Of a DNA stretch of 64,000 nt, positions 27,520-35,608 are shown piece by piece. The notes beneath the pieces were generated by a model. That model worked only from the letters and a program-made list of their open reading frames with translations, searched no databases and was not told where the DNA came from. Source of the stretch: an uncultured Myxococcales bacterium (GTDB lineage Bacteria > Myxococcota_A > Bradymonadia > UBA4248); the NCBI GenBank assembly GCA_964454015.1, contig CAYVQF010000003.1, positions 127,057-191,056 of the forward strand. Reading direction: 5' to 3'. Both the position numbers and the translations under genes were made by a program. How positions within the stretch are numbered: position 1 is the stretch's first letter; every line of letters starts with the position of its first letter.

Positions 27520-28911
27520 GTGGCCAATATTTTAGTCATCGATGACAACGAGACGATGCGCGAGGGCGTGGCGCAGGTGGTCGAGCGGATGGGTCACGTT
27601 GCGTATCGGGCGGTGGATGGGGTGCAGGGTCTCGAGCGCTTTCAGCAGTGTTCGATAGATTTTACGATCACCGATTTGAAGATGGCGCGATTGGATGGTT
27701 TGGGGGTGTTGCGGGAGATTCGCCGTGAGGATTCGCGCGCCTTGGTTTTGGTGATCACGGCGCATGGCACGGTGGAGAGTGCCGTGGAGGCGATGAAGGC
27801 GGGTGCTTTCGATTACATCACCAAGCCCTTTCCGCCGGAGGTGTTGCGGCTGAAGGTCGAGAAGGCGCTTGGGGTGCGCCTGGAGCGTGAGCGTCTCGAG
27901 GAGGAGAACGCCTATTTGCGGCGAGACGCCTTGGGCGGTGCGTCTTTTGATGCCATCGTCGGGGACAGTGAGGCGATGCGGCGGACGCTGGACTTGGTGC
28001 GTCGGGTGGCACCGACGGACAGTACGGTCCACCTTTTTGGTGAATCGGGGACGGGTAAGGAGTTGGTCGCCAAGGCGTTGCATGAGGCGTCAGGGCGAGG
28101 GCAGAAGCCTTTCATCCGGGTGAGCTGTAGTGCCTTGGCGGAGTCGCTGTTGGAGAGTGAGCTTTTTGGGCACGAGAAGGGTGCCTTCACGGGCGCGGCG
28201 AAGCGGCGCTTGGGGCGTTTCGAGGTGGCTGATGGTGGGACGCTGTTTTTGGACGAGATAGCTGACATCTCGCCCGGGATGCAGGTGAAGCTGCTGCGGG
28301 TGCTACAAGAGCGCGCTTTTGAGCGCGTGGGTGGGACGCAGACCGTGAAGGTGGACGTGCGCATCGTCTCGGCGACGCACAAAGATCTGCGGCTGGAGGT
28401 GGAGGCTGGGCGTTTTCGGGAAGATCTGTTTTATCGTTTGCACATCGTCCCGATAACGCTCCCTCCGTTGCGGGAGCGTCCGCGTGACGTGGTCGCTTTG
28501 GCGCACCACTTCATTGGCAAGTTGCGTCACCGGACGCGTTCTCAGGTGAAATCGATCAGCGCGGAGGCGCTATTGGCTTTGCAGTCCTATGGTTGGCCCG
28601 GCAATGTTCGCGAGTTGGAGAACAGCATCGAGCAGTCGCTGGTCTTTGCCGTGGGGGAAGAGATTGGCCTTGGGGATCTGCCGCCGCATCTCCATGGGCG
28701 GCCCTCTGGCCGCTACTTGGAGTTGCGTGGTGACGCGCGTCCGCTGCCCGACATTTTGGAAGACCTGGAGCGCCAGTTGATCCTGCGGGCCTTTCGCAGC
28801 GCGTCCGGGGTCAAGACCGAGACGGCCCGGATTTTGGGCATCAAGACGAGCGCGCTGTACTACAAGCTAGAGAAGTACGGCATTGACGAGTCCTTGCTCG
28901 GGGAGTCCTAG
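27520..28911 (+). CDS. sigma-54-dependent response regulator (receiver + AAA+ sigma-54 activation + Fis-type HTH), NtrC family
   Basis: Receiver (ILVIDDNE...[14 protein letters not shown]). Walker [15 protein letters not shown] motif present (EKGAFTGA). Walker B LFLDEI. C-terminal HTH ([19 protein letters not shown]). Confidence 0.9.
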   Translation: MANILVIDDNETMREGVAQVVERMGHVAYRAVDGVQGLERFQQCSIDFTITDLKMARLDGLGVLREIRREDSRALVLVITAHGTVESAVEAMKAGAFDYITKPFPPEVLRLKVEKALGVRLERERLEEENAYLRRDALGGASFDAIVGDSEAMRRTLDLVRRVAPTDSTVHLFGESGTGKELVAKALHEASGRGQKPFIRVSCSALAESLLESELFGHEKGAFTGAAKRRLGRFEVADGGTLFLDEIADISPGMQVKLLRVLQERAFERVGGTQTVKVDVRIVSATHKDLRLEVEAGRFREDLFYRLHIVPITLPPLRERPRDVVALAHHFIGKLRHRTRSQVKSISAEALLALQSYGWPGNVRELENSIEQSLVFAVGEEIGLGDLPPHLHGRPSGRYLELRGDARPLPDILEDLERQLILRAFRSASGVKTETARILGIKTSALYYKLEKYGIDESLLGES

Positions 28912-28918
28912 GCTCTGC

Positions 28919-31900
28919 TCACTTGGTGGGGGTGTCGAGCCAGGTCCAGCCGCCGTCACGGAGGGCGGTGTCGATGTGGCGGAGGTAGTCGAGGACTTCG
29001 CGCAGCTTGGCCTGGAGGGCGTCTTGGTCGCCACTGTTCTGGGTGGCGGTGCGGACGATGGGGATGAGGGTCCTCTCGATGATGGCGACTTGCTGTGCGA
29101 GCAGCTCTTCAATGCCAGCCGGTGGTGGCGTGGTGACGTTGAGGGCGATCTGTGGATTGGCGAGCTCGTTCACCATGCCAGTGAGGCTCTGGAGGGCTTG
29201 CGGCAGGCTGTTCTGCATGCCTTGGCGCAGGTTGACGATTTCGTCACCGATCTGGGAGATCGCGCCAGAGACGCGGGCCACGGGGTCGTCCTCCTTGCCG
29301 CCCATGACCTTGATGCGCCGGAAATCGTTTTTGATCTGCTCCCAGCGGGTCTGTTGCTGTGGCGTCAGTTGGTGGGTGAGCTCTCTGAGTTTGAGGAGGT
29401 TGGCTTCGGCTCCATTGGTGAGGGTCTGGGCCTCGGCGGTGTAGTGTTCGTCGATGAGGCTTTGGACCTCTTGCGGGGTCATGGCGGCGACGACCTTCTC
29501 GGTGATTTTGTTCATGTTGCGGTAGGAGCCCTGGAGTTGGAAGCGGGGCTCGGTGCGATAAGCGTCGTCCATGGATGCGCTGGCGATGTAGGCGAGGTTG
29601 ACCTGGAGGAGCTGGGCCTGGATGTGGAAGAGGTGCTTGAAGATCGTCACGATTTCGGCGATTTCGACGCTCGAATAGCCGTGGACGAGGTCAGTGGAGG
29701 CGACGTCTTCGCCCTGGGCCATGGCGATGAGTTTGTAGATGTCGTTGCTGTCGCGGGTGGCCAGTGGTGCGAGGACTTGGTTCGAGGTGAGCGCGTTTTC
29801 GATATAGCTGAGGGCGAAGAGGTCGTCGCGTCCTTGGAGGATGTCTCCGAGGTTGTAGGTGTCGGCGCGGTTGGCGAGCATGTCGGGGATTTGAAATTTT
29901 TCCCCGGCTTCGGTGTAGGGGTTGCCCGCCATGACCACGCAGAATTTTTTCCCGCGGAAGTCGTAGGTTTTGGTTCTTCCTTGGAAGACGCCCTCAATTT
30001 TGCGTTGGGCGTCACAGAGGGAGATGAACTTTTGGAGGAGCTCGGGGTGGGTGTGCTGGATGTCGTCGAGATAGAGCATGACGTTGTTGCCCATCTCGAG
30101 GGCCAAATTGATTTTTTCCACCTCTTGCCTGGCTGTTGCGTTGGGGGCTTCGGCGGGGTCGAGGGAGCGGACGGCGTGGCCGAGGGCGGGGCCGTTGATT
30201 TTCATGAAGATGAAGCCGAGGCGGTTGCCGACGTACTCCATGAGGGTGGTTTTTCCGTAGCCCGGTGGTGAGATCAGGAGGAGGAGGCCCATGAGGTCGG
30301 TGCGTTTGCCTTCGCCAGCGGCCCCGATTTGTTTGGCCAGGTTGTTGCCGATGAGCGGCAAGTAGACGTCATTGATGAGTCGGTTACGGACGAAGGAGGT
30401 CATGACGTTGGGGGCGAAGTCGTCAAGGCGCACGCGTTCGCGGAAGCGCTGCAGGAGTTTGGTGCGCAGTTGTCGATAGCTGCGGTAACCCGGCACCCAT
30501 TCTTGGCGGAAGCGTTCGAGGCGCTGGTAGAAGTCGTCGAGGCGTAGGGTCAAGGTGCGGTTGACGATGCGGTGGTGGTTGCCAATGAGCCCTTGGACCT
30601 CGGTCTGGAGGCGTGCGCTGGAGACCTCCATGGTGAGGCGATCCCGGGCGAGCATGACGAGGGTGGCTTCGTCGGTGGCGTCGCGTGGTTGCTCGGGGTG
30701 GTTGGCGGCGAAGGCGTCGAGCCATGCTCTGGCGACGGAGAATTGGGTGGCGGGTTGGGCGCTCAAAGCGGCGAGGTCATCGTCGAAGGCCTGTTGTTGG
30801 GCCGAGGTGCGGAGGTAGTCCAGGAAGGCCGCGCCGAGGCGCTGAGCGTCGCTGCTGATGGGGAAGCGAGGTTGTTGGGCGCTCCCGATTTGTTCAAAGA
30901 GATACCAGGCGGCGAGGTTTCTTTGTTGGGCGTCGGCTTGCAGCGCTGCGTCCTGGAAGAAGTGCTCCAGGTGTTGGCTGAGTTGGTTGACGAAGCGTTG
31001 GTGTTCGGGGCGGTTGGCGAAGGATTGACGCAGGCGAAAGAGGCTGAGGGCGTGGCGATGGACTTGTTCTTTGGGGAAGTCCGGGCTGGCGTAGGCCCAG
31101 AAGAGTGCCGCCCAGGCGCGGCTCTGCGGCGGGTAGCGCAAGAGTCCAGCGCCGTGGCGCATGGTCAGAACTTTGTCGAGGATGAGGGCGGTGTCGTGGT
31201 CGTGGACCCCGCGTTCGTAGGCTTCGTCAAAGCGGTTGGCGGCGAATTCTCTGACAAGTCCGAGGAGTCCTTCGGGCGCGGCCATGGCAGCGGAGAGGCT
31301 TTCGAGGCTGAGTCCTTGGCGGCGCTCTTCGGCGGCGGCGATGATCTCGGCACACAGGAACTCGGCGCGGTAGACCTGGTCGGATTCGGAGATGATGTTA
31401 TGTCCCCAGAATGGCAGCGTGCGGGCGAAGTCCTGGTCTTCGACGGGGGCGTAGAATTCGGTGCCGTTGATGTGAATGGCCATCGTGGTCTGGCCTTCGT
31501 GTTCCCGGGGCACCATGGAGACTTCGATGGGTTGGGTGTTGACTGCGAAGCGGTGGCGTCCGAGCTTGATGAGTGCTTGGCCCTCTTCGTAAAGATCGCG
31601 ACGGTCGCGCAGGGTGCGCAGGGCGTCTTGGCGCAGTTTTTTGGCCTGGCTGCGGACTTCTTCAGCCTTGAGAGTGTCGTCGATGTCCTCGAGGTGCTGC
31701 GCCACTTGGTGCAGCTTGTGGATCATGGGATCGGCGGCGTAGTAGGCGTTGAGTTCGTCTTCAGTCTGGATGGCCTTGAGGCGTCTTTGCGCGCCTTCGA
31801 GGATGCGTTTGGCCGCGCTCATGAGGTTGGTGGCGCGTCGGTTGCGTTCATCGACGAGGGACTGTTTGCGCGCCGTGATGGCGTCGCGCACCTCATCCCG

Positions 31901-34156
31901 TTTCAAGGCGAGGTCAGCGGTGAACTCATGGAGCTCGCCGAAGCGGGCTTCGAGGTCTTCGAGTTGGAGGAGGAGGCGGGTCAGCTCCTCATCGCATCGC
32001 TGTGGGGTGTCACAGAGGGCGAGGGATGACTGTACGCTTTGGCCGAAGAGTTTGAAGTGGGCTGCGAACTCGGCCCGGTTTTCCAGGCTGAGGAGTTGTT
32101 GGTGGCGGCTGGTGATGAGGGCGCGGACGCGGTTTATCTGGGAGAAGACCTCAGCGACCTGCTCCAAGATCTGGGTGCGTAGGGTGGGATCTGGCATTTC
32201 GAGGCCATTGATGACCTCGATGAGTAGCTGTAGTCCTTGGGCGAGGGTGTCCAATTTCTCAGCAGGTGCCTTGAGCTTGTTGGCCTTTTGGATTTGATCG
32301 AGATCAGCGCCGAGGGCATCGATTTGTTTTCGCAGGGGGGTGAATGCTTGCCCGGCGAGGAGGAATTGGACGCATGCTTTGCCGACGTTGTCTGCGTAGC
32401 CGACGAGTTCACGCTCGAGTTTGTCGAGGGCGTCGCGGTCGATGTTGCGGACTTCGCGCAGGGTGATGAGGTGTCCGCGTTGGTTGCGCAGGGCGGTCAT
32501 GGTTTCGAGGAAGCGATCGATCTGGTTCCATTGGGTGGGATCCAGGCCGCGGAGGAGGGTGCGCTGGCTCTCCTGGGCGGCGGCGAGGGCTTGGGCGGCG
32601 GCTTGGGCGAGGCGCAGCACTTTCTCGAACTCATCGATGACTTGTTCGGTGGTGCGTCTGATTTCGAGGAGGCTGTCGCGGAAGGCGATTTCTGGATGTC
32701 CCAGCCAGTCGTAGGTGTCGAGGACGCGGTTGGTGAAGGCGATGAGGTCTTCGAAGGTGCGGCGTGAAGGTTTGGCTGCCTGTACCATCCTTTGTACGGT
32801 GAAGGCATCGGAGATGCCCCGGACGAGGTCGGCATTTCCAATTTTGGCCAGGAATCCGCCGCGGTTAGGTTGGCGGGCGGCTTCTTCGGCGCTGACGAAG
32901 GGTGTTTGCCAGACTTGCACGTTGTGGGTGCGGGTGGGTTCATCGCTGGTGTTGCGGAAGACGATCATTTTGCCGTCTTCGAAGATGGAGTAGCCGTTGC
33001 CAACGATAGGGGTTTGGATTTCTTTTCTGACGAGGTTGTAGGGGTAGAGGAAGTAGGTGCCTTCGTGTTCGCGATGGAAGACGTAGAGGACGTCTTCACC
33101 GTTGGGTGAGCGGATGGCCCTCTTGAAGCGCAATCCTGTGGTGTCGGCGTCGAAGACTTTGTAGTCACCCGTTTGGAGGTAGTAGCCTCCGGGGAAGATG
33201 ATGCCGTGGTCTTCGGGGAGTTGGACGCAGGCTTGTCCGATGGCGTCTTGCCGAACGGCTTCGGCAGTGCGGGTGTTGAAGATGAAGTGTCGGGTGATGC
33301 TTTCGCGGTAGGGCGTGACTTTGAGGAGGATGAGGGCGCCGAGTTTGGCGTAGTGGAAGGGAGCGTCGTCGAGGGACTGGTTGGGATCATCGACGAGCTC
33401 GGCATAGACGCCTTCGCCGCTTTCCGTGTTGTTCTCTACTTTTATGGTGAGGTCACCGCCGACGGTCTCGACGAAGACTTCGTTGAGGATGTTGACATGG
33501 GGGTGGCGTCCTCGGACGTAATTTTCAGGCGTGGTTTCCTGCCAGGTGAAGTCGTGGGCAGGGGGGAAGACATGGTCGCGTTCGCCGCGGTTGTCGACGT
33601 AGGTGATTTGTCCTTGGCTGTCGAAAGTCCAGCGAAAGACTTTGATATCTGGTGAGCTGGTCGAGATCTGGAAGACAGCCAGGAGGTAGCCGTCGTTGAC
33701 GCGGAGTTGTTGGAGCTTGGAGTCTTTGTAGTACTCGCGCAGTTCTTTGAAGTCGCGTTGGAAGCGGGCGTCGACGAGGAAGCCATCGACGGCGCTGATG
33801 TCGATTTCGGCGAGATCGAAACCTTCAGGCGTCGTTGCGAAGCCATGGAGGGAGAAGATGTCGCGGACAGAGGTCTCGGTCTTGAGGCCCATGAAGACGT
33901 TGTAGCCGAGGAGCAGATTGCCTTTGACGTTGACGATGTCGCGGAGCACGCAGTTGTGTTCGGTGCGGACGCGTTCTCTGCCGATACGCTCCAGCTCGGT
34001 GCCGCCAAAGTTCTGCTGTCGGTTCTTGTTGAGTTGTTCGGCGTGCTCTGCCAAGCGACGGGCTTGTTGGACGAGCCGTTGGTGGATGACGTCATAGTTG
34101 CCGAGATCGATGTCGGTGCTGTGCTCATTCTGGGTTGCGTTTGCTTTGTCCACCAT
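28919..34156 (-). CDS. giant (1745 aa) protein with a single MoxR/dynein-type AAA+ module near its C-terminus (hypothetical)
   Basis: Walker A ISPPGYGKTTLME (aa ~1296). Walker B VMLYLDDIQH. MoxR-like sensor region VVMAGNPYTEAGEKFQIPDMLANRADTYNL (nt ~29750-30300). The N-terminal 420 aa are beta-rich, and about 800 aa of Q/L/R-rich helical or coiled-coil sequence follow. No TM or signal peptide. Confidence 0.85.
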   Translation of the reverse strand: MVDKANATQNEHSTDIDLGNYDVIHQRLVQQARRLAEHAEQLNKNRQQNFGGTELERIGRERVRTEHNCVLRDIVNVKGNLLLGYNVFMGLKTETSVRDIFSLHGFATTPEGFDLAEIDISAVDGFLVDARFQRDFKELREYYKDSKLQQLRVNDGYLLAVFQISTSSPDIKVFRWTFDSQGQITYVDNRGERDHVFPPAHDFTWQETTPENYVRGRHPHVNILNEVFVETVGGDLTIKVENNTESGEGVYAELVDDPNQSLDDAPFHYAKLGALILLKVTPYRESITRHFIFNTRTAEAVRQDAIGQACVQLPEDHGIIFPGGYYLQTGDYKVFDADTTGLRFKRAIRSPNGEDVLYVFHREHEGTYFLYPYNLVRKEIQTPIVGNGYSIFEDGKMIVFRNTSDEPTRTHNVQVWQTPFVSAEEAARQPNRGGFLAKIGNADLVRGISDAFTVQRMVQAAKPSRRTFEDLIAFTNRVLDTYDWLGHPEIAFRDSLLEIRRTTEQVIDEFEKVLRLAQAAAQALAAAQESQRTLLRGLDPTQWNQIDRFLETMTALRNQRGHLITLREVRNIDRDALDKLERELVGYADNVGKACVQFLLAGQAFTPLRKQIDALGADLDQIQKANKLKAPAEKLDTLAQGLQLLIEVINGLEMPDPTLRTQILEQVAEVFSQINRVRALITSRHQQLLSLENRAEFAAHFKLFGQSVQSSLALCDTPQRCDEELTRLLLQLEDLEARFGELHEFTADLALKRDEVRDAITARKQSLVDERNRRATNLMSAAKRILEGAQRRLKAIQTEDELNAYYAADPMIHKLHQVAQHLEDIDDTLKAEEVRSQAKKLRQDALRTLRDRRDLYEEGQALIKLGRHRFAVNTQPIEVSMVPREHEGQTTMAIHINGTEFYAPVEDQDFARTLPFWGHNIISESDQVYRAEFLCAEIIAAAEERRQGLSLESLSAAMAAPEGLLGLVREFAANRFDEAYERGVHDHDTALILDKVLTMRHGAGLLRYPPQSRAWAALFWAYASPDFPKEQVHRHALSLFRLRQSFANRPEHQRFVNQLSQHLEHFFQDAALQADAQQRNLAAWYLFEQIGSAQQPRFPISSDAQRLGAAFLDYLRTSAQQQAFDDDLAALSAQPATQFSVARAWLDAFAANHPEQPRDATDEATLVMLARDRLTMEVSSARLQTEVQGLIGNHHRIVNRTLTLRLDDFYQRLERFRQEWVPGYRSYRQLRTKLLQRFRERVRLDDFAPNVMTSFVRNRLINDVYLPLIGNNLAKQIGAAGEGKRTDLMGLLLLISPPGYGKTTLMEYVGNRLGFIFMKINGPALGHAVRSLDPAEAPNATARQEVEKINLALEMGNNVMLYLDDIQHTHPELLQKFISLCDAQRKIEGVFQGRTKTYDFRGKKFCVVMAGNPYTEAGEKFQIPDMLANRADTYNLGDILQGRDDLFALSYIENALTSNQVLAPLATRDSNDIYKLIAMAQGEDVASTDLVHGYSSVEIAEIVTIFKHLFHIQAQLLQVNLAYIASASMDDAYRTEPRFQLQGSYRNMNKITEKVVAAMTPQEVQSLIDEHYTAEAQTLTNGAEANLLKLRELTHQLTPQQQTRWEQIKNDFRRIKVMGGKEDDPVARVSGAISQIGDEIVNLRQGMQNSLPQALQSLTGMVNELANPQIALNVTTPPPAGIEELLAQQVAIIERTLIPIVRTATQNSGDQDALQAKLREVLDYLRHIDTALRDGGWTWLDTPTK

Positions 34157-34498
34157 AAGTCGACCTCATGCTCGTGCATGGCGAAGGAATCACGTCCCGT
34201 TTAGCGGCGCGCCCAGCCTACGCGGTTGTTGGGAAAAGCTCAACGGCGGGTGCTGTGGCGGCGCATGCTAGAGCGTTGTTCTAGGGCTGAGGGGGCTGGG
34301 TGTGATCGTGTTTGTGGTGGCACGGCACGGCGTGCGGTGGTGATTGGACTGGGCGTGTTTGGGGTGGGCTTTGGGGCGGGTCAGGGTGGCCTGGTCGAGT
34401 AGTTGTGTTTGCCTGACACTTTGGGCAAGATGCGCTAGCTTGGGAGAGTGCTTGCGTAGGCTTGGGCCGTTGGCAGGAGTAGAGCCGCGGGCGTTCAA

Positions 34499-35221
34499 TT
34501 GTGGAGGATGGCCATCGTGTCACATCAAGCAGCGTTTTATGCTCCTTTTGAAGTCGTCGTGCTGCCTTATGAGACGACGACACCTGCTTTACGGGCCTGG
34601 TTGCGCTTGGGTGGCTTCTGCATTCCGCCAGTCTTTGCGCGTGTGCATTGGGGTCCTGCCATTTTTCGTGTGGCCCGGGAGAGTCAGGAGCCGCTGGTGT
34701 TGCGTGGGCTGGCGCCCCAGGGGAGTGCGCCGCCGTCGCTGCGGTCGGGTGGTCTCGGCGAGGAGCAGGGCGGCTACGACGATGCGAACAGCAGTGTATC
34801 GACCGGGGCTTTTCAGCCGGTGGCCAACAGCTTGCGGGGAGGTGGGGCGAAGGAGGCGTCGACGATGCAGATCGACTACGACCAGGCCAATGCTTTGGCG
34901 CGTGGGTCTAGAGGTCCGTTGACGGCGGGAGACAACACGGCCCAGGCGGCCCACCGCACGGAGCGCCTGGATCTTTCGGACTGGGGTTTCTTGTTGCGGG
35001 TCGTGCTCATTGCTGATGAGCAGAACCACGATCCCGTGGGGACTTTGGATCGTCTGCGTCCCACCATAGGGACGTGGTTACACAACGAGATTCCTCAGCC
35101 GTCACGACTTGAATACGATCGTCGTTTTCGCCGCGATGTGGAGAAAGGCTTGGCCAGGTTTTTGAGCGAGACGATTGGTCGCTTTCCAATCATCAATGTT
35201 GACATCCAGTTCATCGAGTAG
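34499..35221 (+). CDS. hypothetical protein (240 aa)
   Basis: The only plausible frame in this interval. The overlapping 34344..34922 frame is R/C/W-rich noise. No domain recognised. It overlaps hypA convergently by 11 nt. Confidence 0.4.
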   Translation: MWRMAIVSHQAAFYAPFEVVVLPYETTTPALRAWLRLGGFCIPPVFARVHWGPAIFRVARESQEPLVLRGLAPQGSAPPSLRSGGLGEEQGGYDDANSSVSTGAFQPVANSLRGGGAKEASTMQIDYDQANALARGSRGPLTAGDNTAQAAHRTERLDLSDWGFLLRVVLIADEQNHDPVGTLDRLRPTIGTWLHNEIPQPSRLEYDRRFRRDVEKGLARFLSETIGRFPIINVDIQFIE

Positions 35222-35564
35222 TGGTTTCACCCGAGATGGCGCGGAGGATGATGTCGTTGCCTTCGATGATCCGGACACTGGCGAGCTGACAGTGTGGACA
35301 GAGGTAGTCATCGAGGCTGGGTTGGAAGTGCAGATCACAGGTGAGGCATTGAGCGCGGAGGGGCACCTCATTCAAGTTGAGGTTGGCGTGTTGGGCGAGG
35401 GTGTTCTCGGCGAGGGCGCGAAAAGCTTCTTGCATGGCTTCGGGTTCGACGAGTCTTTGCACACCGAGATCGACGTCGATATGGGTGACTTTGGTGATGC
35501 CGTGATGGCTGGCGTTGTCGATGACCTGTTCGATGAGGGCTTGTGCGATGGACATCTCGTGCAT
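35211..35564 (-). CDS. hypA: HypA-type hydrogenase/urease nickel-insertion zinc-finger protein
   Basis: MHEMSIAQALIEQV... N-terminus plus two CxxC pairs (CLTCDL...CPHCQ). 117 aa, the HypA/HybF size. Confidence 0.75.
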   Translation of the reverse strand: MHEMSIAQALIEQVIDNASHHGITKVTHIDVDLGVQRLVEPEAMQEAFRALAENTLAQHANLNLNEVPLRAQCLTCDLHFQPSLDDYLCPHCQLASVRIIEGNDIILRAISGETTTR

Positions 35565-35608
35565 GGTTTTGGGGGGGCTGAGTGGCTTAGGGGTGGGGCC
35601 TGGTCGCG

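Noticed and set aside
28883-32029. 462-aa and 485-aa plus-strand ORFs inside the giant ATPase locus
   Set aside because: Both are antisense to the 1745-aa ORF, which carries unambiguous Walker A/B motifs. Their composition (G/D/E/V/A runs) is the usual antisense artefact.
34157-34498. Sigma-54 promoter (TGGCAC-N5-TTGC) for the giant gene, expected because an EBP is adjacent
   Set aside because: TGGCACGGCACGGCGTGC contains TGGCAC but no correctly spaced TTGC, and it is on the wrong strand for the giant gene. The EBP gene is convergent, not upstream.
34344-34922. 192-aa plus-strand ORF in the G-rich intergenic region
   Set aside because: R/C/W-rich. It overlaps the more protein-like 34499..35221 frame in another phase and is probably noise from the G/T-skewed DNA.
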